Assembly: GCA_002315325.1 (NCBI GenBank)
Contig: DCGU01000080.1
Location: 19,684 to 83,683, forward strand
DNA length: 64,000 nucleotides
From: Clostridiales bacterium UBA1770
Lineage (GTDB): Bacteria > Bacillota > Clostridia > Oscillospirales > CAG-272
Direction: 5' to 3'
Numbering within the stretch: the first letter of the stretch is position 1; each line of letters begins with the position of its first letter. Position numbers and translations under genes: made by a program. The notes under the pieces are model-generated. The model was not told the DNA's origin. It made no database searches and was given only the letters and a program-made list of their open reading frames with translations. This document shows, one piece after another, positions 53,984-63,136 of the stretch.

Positions 53984-54077
53984 ACTTGCTCCAAATGCTT
54001 CTCTATACTTGTAATCATCGTCAAGTGATGCTATAATTCTAATAAAAATCATCCCTCTCGTGAAAGGAGCCCTTCTA

Positions 54078-54587
54078 TTGGACGTTCGTCGTATTAACCC
54101 CCGCGAATTCCCCCGTGACGCTTTGCGTGATTTCGACCGGTATCAAAAAGTCACGGACGTTTATCGTTTGATTGACGGCAGGCTGCAGCTTGTTCGTATC
54201 CCCTTTGAAGAGTCTTGGTCCCCCGAACGCAGATTGGAAAAGGCCGATGAAATACGCAGCGGCGACTATACCGTGTTTTGTGCCTATGAGGACGCACACG
54301 TGGTGGGGGAAATCATGCTTGTACCGACGCTTGACAATGGGCGTATGATCGTGGACAGTTTTCACGTTTCCCGCGAATGCCGTCGTCACGGCATCGGCAG
54401 GGCACTGTTTGAAACAGCCAAAGCGGAAGCCAAAAAGAAATGTGCACGGGCCTTATATATATCCGCCTGTTCCGCACGGGAAACAATTGATTTCTATTTT
54501 GCCATGGGATGTTTTATCAGCCCCAACCCGATTCCCGCCTATGCGTTGGATGAACCCTGCGATCTTCAATTGGAATGTTTGTTATAA
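54078..54587 (+). CDS. GNAT family N-acetyltransferase
   Basis: Motif A HVSRECRRHGIGRALFETAKAEAKK. The TTG start at 54078 lies 9 nt after AAGGAG; the alternative is the in-frame GTG at 54060. Confidence 0.75.
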   Translation: MDVRRINPREFPRDALRDFDRYQKVTDVYRLIDGRLQLVRIPFEESWSPERRLEKADEIRSGDYTVFCAYEDAHVVGEIMLVPTLDNGRMIVDSFHVSRECRRHGIGRALFETAKAEAKKKCARALYISACSARETIDFYFAMGCFISPNPIPAYALDEPCDLQLECLL

Positions 54588-54589
54588 CC

Positions 54590-54619
54590 CCTGCGCCGAA
54601 ATATTTCGGCGCTTTTTTA
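54590..54619 (+). terminator. Intrinsic terminator after the GNAT gene
   Basis: GCGCCGAAA-UA-UUUCGGCGC followed by UUUUUU. Confidence 0.8.
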
Positions 54620-54700
54620 TGATGCTTTTCCTATTATTTGCTTTTCTTTTCCCTTTAAATATAGTATAATATATAAAACTATGTCATAAGGCGGTGCGTT

Positions 54701-57700
54701 ATGGAAAATGAAAAACTGCGCAATCAAACCCTGAAAAAACTGGAATACGTGATGAATAACTATTACTCGCAGATTTTTGCGGAAAAAGTGGGGGAGATTG
54801 AATCCCCGCTTGCCCTGCAAACCCGCGAGCATTTTCGTACTGTGCCGACGGAAGGCCTTTCTCCGATTGAAAAAGGTTTCCGCTGGGGCGGCCTGGATAT
54901 GAGTATGTGGGTGGTCGGCGGATTTACGGTGCCCGAAAGCGCTGCCGGAAAAGACCTGTACGCCGTTGCACACACAGGCGGACGCGAGGTGCTGTTTTTC
55001 AAAAACGGTAAACCGAACGGGATTTTTTCCTGGGTAAATGAGGCATTCAGCGGGGAACACGCTGCAAGACTTCTTTGTGCGAATGCACAGCCCGGTACGC
55101 ACTACGATATGGCGTTCGAGTGTTTCGACCGCCTCTTGTTCAGCGGCTCCGACCGATTTAACTTCTATTCCAATGATACGGCATACGATGGGAATCGCGA
55201 CACGTCGCACGACGACGATCCCGGCAGAACGTATGACGGTATCGATATCTGTGCCATGAACGTTCCCCTGAAAGATTTGTACTACGATACGCGGGAACTT
55301 TTTTCCATCGTTAACGACCGCCACGATCACGGCAAACTGCGTCAAATGGCGCGCCGTGTCCTTTTACAGGTGGCCAACACGTTGGTCCTCTGTCCCCAGC
55401 ATTACGATAAATCCGTTTGGCAGGCCTCTGTGGAGGAAAGCCTGAAAATCACCCGTCCGTTCTTCAATGCCAACGGCGGCGACCCGATTTTCGGCCGTGT
55501 CGGCATCATCGGGCATACCCATTTGGATACTGCATGGCTGTGGCCCGTGAAGGAATCCATCCGCAAAGCGGCACGGTCTTTTTCCAACGTCCTGCAGCTG
55601 ATGGACCAATATCCCGATTTTAAGTTTATGCAGTCGTCGGCTCTGCAGACTGCCTGGATGAAACGCTATTATCCCTCTGTGTTCGAAGGCATCAAAAAAC
55701 GCATTGCCGAGGGACGCTACGAATTAAACGGTGCCGTTTGGGTGGAATGCGACTGCAATATCACGTCGGGCGAATCCATGATTCGTTCCTTCCTTTTGGG
55801 CCAGCGCTTTAATCGCGACAACTTCGGCAAGACGTCCGATACGTTCTGGCTGCCCGATACCTTTGGTTACCACGCCAATATTCCGCAGATTATGCAGGGA
55901 TGCGGCGTGCCCTACTTCGTGACCAACAAGATTAACTGTAATGAAATCAATCCGGTGGAGCATTCCTCCTTTATTTGGCGCGGCATCGACGGCTCGGAAG
56001 TATTGGCGCACATTCCCGTTTCCGGCGGTCATACCGATGCCAAAGACGTGCTGTACACGTCGGATGAAATCGCCGATCCGGATACCTCCGATAAGCGGCT
56101 GCTCGCCTTCGGTTTCGGGGACGGCGGAGGCGGTCCCACCTTCGGTATGGTGGAGGCGGCAGAACGCGTTCTGCATTGCCCCGGTATGCCGAAAATCGAT
56201 ATGATGACGGTTTCCGATTTTATGCGTGAACTCGATCGCGACGACCGCGACAGACTGTTCGTGTATGACGATGAAATCTATTTCGAGTTCCATCGCGGCA
56301 CGCTGACGCAAAATCACAACGTCAAACGTAAAAACAGACTGGCCGAATTCGGCCTGCGCGATATGGAATATGCCACCGTTTTGCGCGGCTGCCCCGAAAA
56401 TGACAAGGCATCGGATTGGCTGGAAACGCTGGTGGTGAACCAATTCCACGATATTCTGCCCGGTACCTGTATCAATTCGGTATACGAAGTCTTCAATCGT
56501 GAAATGGATGAAATCATCAACGATATGGCGGCGGATACCCGTGCCAATCTGTCTGCCCTGGTCGGCAGCGATGAAAATGCCTTGACCGTCTTTAACACGT
56601 TGCCGTTCGCACGTAAGGGTACGGTGACGATGAGCGGTGAGGACGAGTCCCGTTTTGCCGTCAATTATCCGACGCAGCATTACGTGGATATCATGGGCAG
56701 AAAAATGACGGCTGTCGGCGGTCTTGACGTGCCCGCATTTGCTTCCGTTCCGCTTGCCATGACGGCACAGGCACCCTCGTTCCCCACGGTTCTTTCCTAC
56801 AATGAGCAAACCGGCGTTGTGGAAACACCCTTCGCCACCGTTATTTTGGACGATGACGGCTATATCGCTTCGTTCGTTGATAAAGCGTCCGGGCGTGAAC
56901 TGCGCCGTCCGGGCGGCCGCCCCTTGGGCGTCTTCCTGATTGCCGAGGACTGCCCCGAAAAATGGGATAACTGGAATATTGACGCCGACACGATGGACCG
57001 CTTGACCCCTGTCAAGGGCCTCAAATCCCGTCGTTTGGTTTCCGTCGGTCCCGTTGAATTACGCATTCGTTCCGAATACGGCATTGAGGGAAAAACGACG
57101 CTGGTGCAGGATATGGTCTTCTACGCCGATACCCCGCGTGTGGATTTCCATACCGTTGTCGATTGGCACAGTATGCATCTTTTGCTCAAGGCCGACTTTG
57201 ATTTGAATTTGCGCGCACGCGAGGCCAAGTGCGAAATCCAGTACGGACACGTCAATCGGCCGACGCACCATTCCACGCCGTACGATGCCGCTAAATTTGA
57301 GGTTTGCAACCACAAGTGGACCGATATTTCCGAGGCAGGATTCGGCGTTTCGCTGCTCAACGACTGCAAGTACGGCGTATCGTTCGGCGATTGCAATTTG
57401 GCTTTGTCGCTGCACCGCGGCGGCACCCATCCGGACGGTACGGGTGACAGAGGTCTGCACGAGATGACGTACGCGATTTTGCCGCACGTCGGTGCATTCT
57501 CGGCACAAAACACCGTTATGCCCTCCTATGCGTTCAACGTACCGGCCGTCGTATTGCCGGGCAGAGCAGAGCAATCTTCTTTCTTAACGGTAGATGCTCC
57601 GGGCGTTATTTGTGAGGTTGTCAAACCCGCGGAAAAAGATGCCGACGGCAAGATTCCCGGTTACGTGCTCCGCTTGTATGAATGTGAGGGCTCGGCAACA

Positions 57701-57850
57701 GAAACCGTTATGCACCTGTCGCGCCCCGGTAAGGCCGTCCTGCAAACGAATATGCTGGAAGAAAACGGGCAGCCGCTGCCTTGCCATAACGGAACCGTAC
57801 AACTGCAGTTCCGCCCATTCGAAATTAAAACTATTTTGGTAGAGGAATAA
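54701..57850 (+). CDS. GH38 alpha-mannosidase, large (1049 aa) form
   Basis: GHTHLDTAWLWP, AVWVECDCN and NQFHDILPGT, plus a long C-terminal GH38 beta-sandwich region. Confidence 0.85.
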   Translation: MENEKLRNQTLKKLEYVMNNYYSQIFAEKVGEIESPLALQTREHFRTVPTEGLSPIEKGFRWGGLDMSMWVVGGFTVPESAAGKDLYAVAHTGGREVLFFKNGKPNGIFSWVNEAFSGEHAARLLCANAQPGTHYDMAFECFDRLLFSGSDRFNFYSNDTAYDGNRDTSHDDDPGRTYDGIDICAMNVPLKDLYYDTRELFSIVNDRHDHGKLRQMARRVLLQVANTLVLCPQHYDKSVWQASVEESLKITRPFFNANGGDPIFGRVGIIGHTHLDTAWLWPVKESIRKAARSFSNVLQLMDQYPDFKFMQSSALQTAWMKRYYPSVFEGIKKRIAEGRYELNGAVWVECDCNITSGESMIRSFLLGQRFNRDNFGKTSDTFWLPDTFGYHANIPQIMQGCGVPYFVTNKINCNEINPVEHSSFIWRGIDGSEVLAHIPVSGGHTDAKDVLYTSDEIADPDTSDKRLLAFGFGDGGGGPTFGMVEAAERVLHCPGMPKIDMMTVSDFMRELDRDDRDRLFVYDDEIYFEFHRGTLTQNHNVKRKNRLAEFGLRDMEYATVLRGCPENDKASDWLETLVVNQFHDILPGTCINSVYEVFNREMDEIINDMAADTRANLSALVGSDENALTVFNTLPFARKGTVTMSGEDESRFAVNYPTQHYVDIMGRKMTAVGGLDVPAFASVPLAMTAQAPSFPTVLSYNEQTGVVETPFATVILDDDGYIASFVDKASGRELRRPGGRPLGVFLIAEDCPEKWDNWNIDADTMDRLTPVKGLKSRRLVSVGPVELRIRSEYGIEGKTTLVQDMVFYADTPRVDFHTVVDWHSMHLLLKADFDLNLRAREAKCEIQYGHVNRPTHHSTPYDAAKFEVCNHKWTDISEAGFGVSLLNDCKYGVSFGDCNLALSLHRGGTHPDGTGDRGLHEMTYAILPHVGAFSAQNTVMPSYAFNVPAVVLPGRAEQSSFLTVDAPGVICEVVKPAEKDADGKIPGYVLRLYECEGSATETVMHLSRPGKAVLQTNMLEENGQPLPCHNGTVQLQFRPFEIKTILVEE

Positions 57851-57859
57851 AATCATTTT

Positions 57860-59488
57860 ATGGAAGAGTACAAGAATACGGCCGCGATTGCGGAAGAAAT
57901 CAATCGCCGCCGCACGTTCGCCATCATTTCCCACCCCGACGCCGGTAAAACGACGCTGACCGAAAAACTGCTGTTGTACGGCGGCGCCATTCAGTCCGCC
58001 GGTTCCGTTAAGGGGAAAAACAGCGATAAACACGCCGCATCCGACTGGATGGAAATCGAGCAAAAGCGCGGTATTTCCGTCACGTCGTCCGTTATGCAGT
58101 TTGAGTACGAGGGGTACTGTATCAATATTTTGGATACCCCCGGACACCAGGACTTCTCAGAGGATACCTACCGTACGCTGATGGCCGTTGACAGTGCCGT
58201 CATGGTCATTGACGCCGCAAAAGGCATCGAGCCGCAAACGCGCAAACTCTTTAAAGTCTGCGCCATGCGCGGCATTCCGATTTTTACGTTTATCAACAAA
58301 TTGGACCGCGAGGCGCGCGATCCTTTTGACCTGCTCGATGAATTGGAAAAGGAATTCGGCATCGGCACGTATCCCATGAACTGGCCGATCGGCTGCGGTG
58401 TGGAATTCCGCGGTGTATACGATCGTCAGCGTCACTGCATTCTGACGTTTGACGATTTCCACGCCGGACGCCGCAAACTGGAGGCCATTGAGTGTGACAT
58501 CGCCGACCGCGCCAAACTCGAGTCGTTACTCAGCCCGGAGCAGGCAGCGGCCCTGTGCGACCAAGTCGAACTGCTTGACGGCGCCAGCTTTGATTTTGAT
58601 ATGGCCGCCGTGCGTGCCGGTAAACTCAGCCCCGTTTTCTTCGGGTCTGCGCTCAATAACTTCGGTGTCGAACCCTTCCTGGAGGGCTTTTTGAAGATGA
58701 CCACGCCGCCCGCACCGCATAACGTCGGCGATAAGGTGATCGACCCGGCAGCGGACGATTTTTCCGCTTTCGTTTTCAAAATTCAGGCCAATATGAATAA
58801 GGCCCATCGCGACCGTATTGCATTTATGCGCATTTGTTCCGGCCGTTTTGACCGTGACCGCGAGTATCTGCACGTACAGACGGGCAAGACGCAAAAGTTG
58901 TCGCAGCCGCAGCAGATGATGGCGCAGGAACGCGAAGGTATCGAGACGGCCTATGCCGGCGATATCATCGGCGTATTCGATCCCGGTATCTTCTCCATCG
59001 GTGATACCGTTTGTGCACCGCATATGAAGGTTAAATACGCCGGCATTCCGACGTTTGCACCCGAACATTTCGCCGTTGTCGAACAAATCGACTCGATGAA
59101 GCGCAAACAGTTTGCCAAGGGTATGACGCAGATTGCACAGGAAGGTGCCATCCAGATTTTCTTTGAGCCGGGCGGCGGTATGGAACACGTTATCGTCGGT
59201 GTCGTTGGTCTTTTGCAGTACGACGTGCTGCAGTTCCGCATGAGTTCCGAATACGGCGTTGCCTATCACAAAATGGATTTGCCCCACTCTTTAATTCGCC
59301 GCATTGCCGACCCCGCCGTCGATCCCTCCAAACTGAAATTGGCATCGGGTACCCGTTGGGTACAGGACGTCCGCGGCCGTAATTACCTGATTTTTGACGG
59401 CAGATGGAGCATCGACTGGGCATACGATAATAACAAGGGACTTGAGTTGTTGGAATTCACCGACGAAACCAACGAAATGCAGGATTAA
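57860..59488 (+). CDS. prfC: Peptide chain release factor 3
   Basis: RRTFAIISHPDAGKTTLTEKLLLYGGAIQSAGSVKGK and DTPGHQDF. Confidence 0.95.
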   Translation: MEEYKNTAAIAEEINRRRTFAIISHPDAGKTTLTEKLLLYGGAIQSAGSVKGKNSDKHAASDWMEIEQKRGISVTSSVMQFEYEGYCINILDTPGHQDFSEDTYRTLMAVDSAVMVIDAAKGIEPQTRKLFKVCAMRGIPIFTFINKLDREARDPFDLLDELEKEFGIGTYPMNWPIGCGVEFRGVYDRQRHCILTFDDFHAGRRKLEAIECDIADRAKLESLLSPEQAAALCDQVELLDGASFDFDMAAVRAGKLSPVFFGSALNNFGVEPFLEGFLKMTTPPAPHNVGDKVIDPAADDFSAFVFKIQANMNKAHRDRIAFMRICSGRFDRDREYLHVQTGKTQKLSQPQQMMAQEREGIETAYAGDIIGVFDPGIFSIGDTVCAPHMKVKYAGIPTFAPEHFAVVEQIDSMKRKQFAKGMTQIAQEGAIQIFFEPGGGMEHVIVGVVGLLQYDVLQFRMSSEYGVAYHKMDLPHSLIRRIADPAVDPSKLKLASGTRWVQDVRGRNYLIFDGRWSIDWAYDNNKGLELLEFTDETNEMQD

Positions 59489-59506
59489 ACGATAAGGGAT
59501 AAACGT

Positions 59507-60553
59507 ATGAAGCATCGCAGATTTCGGCTGATGCCGTTGTGGCTGCTTTTGTGTTCATTGCTGTTGTCGGCGTTGACGCTGTCCTCCTGCACGGGGGGAA
59601 TGAAGGTCTATTCCCGCACGACGCTGGATTATTTCGATACAATCTGTACGCTGACGGGTTACGCTGCAAGTGAAGACGAATTTAACGCAGCGGCGGACGG
59701 GGTGTTTGCCGTGCTGGAAGAATGCCACAAAACCTTCGATCTGTATCACGAATATGACGACCGCAATAACGTCTGCACGCTCAACCGTTTGGCGGGGCAG
59801 CCCGTTACCGTGACGTCGCTGTTTGAAGATTTGCTGTGCAGGAGTGAAGAACTGTTTATCGCATCAAACGGTGCGGTTGACGTGACGATGGGCCCCGTTT
59901 TGGCGCTGTGGCATGCCGCCCGACAGGATGGTACCTACGTGCCGGATGCGGACAGTTTGATTGCCGCTTCCAAGTATACGGGATTTTACGATGCAGTGTA
60001 CGTGGAGGAAACTACCCACGCCGTAACGCTGGCACAGGGTATGTCCCTTGATTTCGGCGCCGTGGCCAAAGGCTACGCTGCCGACGCAGCGGCCGCATGG
60101 CTGGGGGAACACGGCTACACGCATTACGCCGTCAATTTGGGCGGCAATATTCGTACGGTGGGCGGTAAACCGCAAGGCAATGGTGATATTGCCTGGACAG
60201 TCAGCATTTCGGAACCGACGGGATTTGCCGTCAACGAAACGCTGCCCACGCTTGCCCTGCAGGATGCGGCCGTTGCCACTTCCGGCGTGTACGAACGGTA
60301 CTACGAGGTGGATGGCGTCCGCTATCATCATATTATCGACCCCGATACGTTATTCCCGTCCGACCGTTATACGGCGGTGACGGTGACAGCGCCCACGGCG
60401 TTTATTGCCGATGCGCTTTCCACGGCTTTGTTCAATATGGACCAAAGTGACGGGGAAGCTTTGCTGCAAAAGTACAACGCGGCCGCTTTGTGGATTTATC
60501 CGGACGGCGCCGTTGTTTATTCCGAAACCTTGCACGAATATATTGCACAATAA
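59507..60553 (+). CDS. apbE: FAD:protein FMN transferase (ApbE family) lipoprotein
   Basis: Lipobox LTLSSC, the ApbE motif DFGAVAKGYAAD, and HIIDPDT. Confidence 0.85.
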   Translation: MKHRRFRLMPLWLLLCSLLLSALTLSSCTGGMKVYSRTTLDYFDTICTLTGYAASEDEFNAAADGVFAVLEECHKTFDLYHEYDDRNNVCTLNRLAGQPVTVTSLFEDLLCRSEELFIASNGAVDVTMGPVLALWHAARQDGTYVPDADSLIAASKYTGFYDAVYVEETTHAVTLAQGMSLDFGAVAKGYAADAAAAWLGEHGYTHYAVNLGGNIRTVGGKPQGNGDIAWTVSISEPTGFAVNETLPTLALQDAAVATSGVYERYYEVDGVRYHHIIDPDTLFPSDRYTAVTVTAPTAFIADALSTALFNMDQSDGEALLQKYNAAALWIYPDGAVVYSETLHEYIAQ

Positions 60554-60570
60554 AAGAAAGGGAAAGAACG

Positions 60571-61890
60571 ATGAAAGTTAATTTTACGCAACCAATCGGC
60601 CCCGTGAAAATTATGCACGCTGTCAACAACGGTCCCATGCGCCGCAAGCCCGACCAAACGCTTGACAATTACGATTCCTACAAGGCATTGAAAATCCCCT
60701 ACGCCCGTAATCACGATGCCTCGTTTAACGCAGATTACGGCGGCAGCCACACGGTTGACGTGGCTAATATTTTCCCCAACTTTGACGCTGACGTCAACGA
60801 TCCCGCATCCTATGATTTCGTTTTAACCGACGAATATATCGAGCGCACCTTAGAGGTTGGTACCGAAACGTTTTATCGTTTGGGCGCTAAAATTGAGCAC
60901 GAAATTAAAAAATATAATACGCTGCCGCCCAAGGACTTCAAAAAATGGGCCGAAATTTGCGAGCACATCATTCGTCATATGAACGAAGGCTGGGCAGACG
61001 GCCATCATTTCAACATTCAATATTGGGAAATTTGGAACGAAGCAGACGGTGCCGCCGACGACGACTCCTATTATATGCACAAGTGCTGGGGCGGTACCGA
61101 GGCGCAGTTCCACGATTTTTATGAAATCGTGGCCAAGCACCTGAAAAAGTGCTTCCCGGATTTGAAAATCGGCGGCACGGCCGTTTGCTGGCCGAACGAT
61201 TGGCTGGATCGTTTCTTGGCCGATATGCATAAGCGTCGTGTGCCGATGGATTTCGTTTCCTGGCACACCTATACCACCGATCCGCATCAGATTGCCCTGT
61301 CCGCCAAAGTGGCACAAACTATGATGAAAAAGAACGGCTACGGCAAGGCAGAGAATATTTTGGACGAATGGAACTACGTGCGCAACTGGACCGACCAGTT
61401 CGTCTACAGTGTTGAAACCATCAATAACGTCAAGGGCGCTGCGTTTACCGCCGCCTGCATGATGGAAGGACAGCATTCCCCCGTCCATATGATGATGTAC
61501 TATGACGCACGTCCTACCGTTTGGTGCGGCATGTGGAACTACTACACGGCTCGTCCGCAACCGACCTATTATGCGTTGGACTTCTTCTCCCGACTGTATC
61601 AAATGGGCAACGAAGTCAAGTGCACCGGGGTGCCTGCCGATATCACGGCAATGGCGGCAACGGACGGCAACGGCCAAAACGGCATTTTGTTATCCACGTA
61701 TACGGAAGACGACGAGGATAAACGCGTGCGCCGTGTGACCATTCATTTGGAAGGTACGCCGGTCAAATCCCCCGTGGTGACGATTGTCGACCCTGCCAAC
61801 CCGGCACCTGTTAAAAAAGATATGCTCGTCATTGACGGTGCGTTGTCTTTGAGTTTGAAGCCCAACAGTGTTGTATTTGTCGCTTGTTGA
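60571..61890 (+). CDS. Clan GH-A (GH39-like) glycoside hydrolase
   Basis: A (beta/alpha)8-type pattern with YWEIWNEAD (acid/base NE motif) and a later ...DEWNY... The family assignment is tentative. The ATG at 60571 is used. Confidence 0.55.
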   Translation: MKVNFTQPIGPVKIMHAVNNGPMRRKPDQTLDNYDSYKALKIPYARNHDASFNADYGGSHTVDVANIFPNFDADVNDPASYDFVLTDEYIERTLEVGTETFYRLGAKIEHEIKKYNTLPPKDFKKWAEICEHIIRHMNEGWADGHHFNIQYWEIWNEADGAADDDSYYMHKCWGGTEAQFHDFYEIVAKHLKKCFPDLKIGGTAVCWPNDWLDRFLADMHKRRVPMDFVSWHTYTTDPHQIALSAKVAQTMMKKNGYGKAENILDEWNYVRNWTDQFVYSVETINNVKGAAFTAACMMEGQHSPVHMMMYYDARPTVWCGMWNYYTARPQPTYYALDFFSRLYQMGNEVKCTGVPADITAMAATDGNGQNGILLSTYTEDDEDKRVRRVTIHLEGTPVKSPVVTIVDPANPAPVKKDMLVIDGALSLSLKPNSVVFVAC

Positions 61891-61980
61891 TGTTATAATT
61901 AAATCAGTACCTTTAATTTGGGCCGTTCGGCGCTCAAATTCAAAATATTAAAAATATTTAGTTAAGTGGAGGACAGGAAA

Positions 61981-63078
61981 ATGTCTATTTCTGCCAATGA
62001 AATCATTCGTGTCGGTATTATCGGTTGCGGCGGTATCGCCAACGGCAAGCATATGCCGGCTCTGCAGCAGCAGCCCAACGTGCAGATGGTGGCCTTCTGC
62101 GATATCGTCGAGGAAAAAGCCCAAGCCGCTGCCGCCAAATTCGGCACCCCCGACGCAAAGGTTTACGTTGATTACAAAAAACTGTTGGAAGACAAGACCA
62201 TTGACGCCGTACACGTTTGCACACCCAACCGCTCTCACAGCTTCATCACGGTGGATGCTCTGGAATCCGGCAAGAACGTTATGTGCGAAAAGCCCATGGC
62301 CATCAACAGTGAAGAGGCAAAGAAGATGCTGGACGCTGCCAAGCGTACCGGTAAAGTGCTGACCATCGGTTATCAGAACCGTCAGCGTCCCGAGTGCCTG
62401 TATCTGAAGCACGAGTGTGAAATGGGCACCTTCGGTGAAATTTATTACGCAAAAGCAACGGCACTGCGCCGCCGCGGCGTTCCCACGTGGGGCGTATTTA
62501 TCAATGAATACGAACAGGGCGGCGGTCCGCTGATCGATATCGGTACGCACTCCCTTGACCTGACGCTGTGGATGATGGATAACTATAAACCCAAGTACTG
62601 CATCGGTCAGACTTTCCATAAACTCAACAAGGATACCAACCAGGGTAACGGCTGGGGTATGTGGGATCCCGATAAATTCACCTGTGAAGACTCTGCGTTC
62701 GGTATGGTCGTTATGGAAAACGGTGCCGTCATCAATTTGGAATCTTCCTGGGCCCTGAACTACGTGAATTCCGCCGAAGCCATTACCACGTTGTGCGGTA
62801 CGTTGGCCGGTGCCGATATCTATGACGGCAAGCCCCGTATCAACGGCATTCGCAACAACTGCCAGTACACCCAGATTATGGATATGAAGGGTGCCGGTGC
62901 CGCTTTCTTTGACGGCCACGGTGCCGAGGATAACTCCGCCCGCGAGTGCCGCCTGTTCTACGAAGCCATCCGCAACGGCACGCTGCCCAGCACTTTGCCC
63001 GAGCAGGCTTACGTTGTCAGCCGCATTCTCGAGGGTATCTACGTATCCGCCAAGACCGGCGATATCTACAGATTCTGA
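61981..63078 (+). CDS. Gfo/Idh/MocA family oxidoreductase
   Basis: IRVGIIGCGGIANGKH Rossmann start and an EKP motif (MCEKP). It is a paralogue of the 6073-7143 product (shared GGGPLIDIGTH/LGVH motif). The ATG at 61981 follows GGAGGA. Confidence 0.85.
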   Translation: MSISANEIIRVGIIGCGGIANGKHMPALQQQPNVQMVAFCDIVEEKAQAAAAKFGTPDAKVYVDYKKLLEDKTIDAVHVCTPNRSHSFITVDALESGKNVMCEKPMAINSEEAKKMLDAAKRTGKVLTIGYQNRQRPECLYLKHECEMGTFGEIYYAKATALRRRGVPTWGVFINEYEQGGGPLIDIGTHSLDLTLWMMDNYKPKYCIGQTFHKLNKDTNQGNGWGMWDPDKFTCEDSAFGMVVMENGAVINLESSWALNYVNSAEAITTLCGTLAGADIYDGKPRINGIRNNCQYTQIMDMKGAGAAFFDGHGAEDNSARECRLFYEAIRNGTLPSTLPEQAYVVSRILEGIYVSAKTGDIYRF

Positions 63079-63136
63079 TGATAACGATTACGGCGGCGTA
63101 AGCTGTCGAACCTGATGAAGTGAAAGGATCAATATA

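Noticed and set aside
53320-53990. CRISPR array downstream of tRNA-Gln
   Set aside because: The sequences between the recurring GTCCTGTAATCCGG-type repeats are themselves repeated (two alternating types). Spacing is irregular (about 100-145 bp). The repeats are parts of larger hairpin modules, and there are no cas genes in the window.
53300-54000. Retron msr/msd or DGR template/variable repeat
   Set aside because: There is no reverse transcriptase gene anywhere in the window. Differences between repeat copies are not adenine-specific.
53689-54024. 111-aa ORF (minus strand) and the 226-aa ORF at 52743-53423 (minus strand) as real genes
   Set aside because: Both run through the repeat array; the second also runs antisense across tRNA-Gln and the ABM gene. 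Neither has an SD before its start. Their sequences are dictated by the repeats (for example MKT/MKR from ATGAAGA).
53183-54060. Integrated genomic island or prophage remnant at tRNA-Gln
   Set aside because: There is no integrase, recombinase or cargo gene. The partial tRNA-like copies are only ~100-140 bp apart, and the next gene is an ordinary GNAT with its own promoter.
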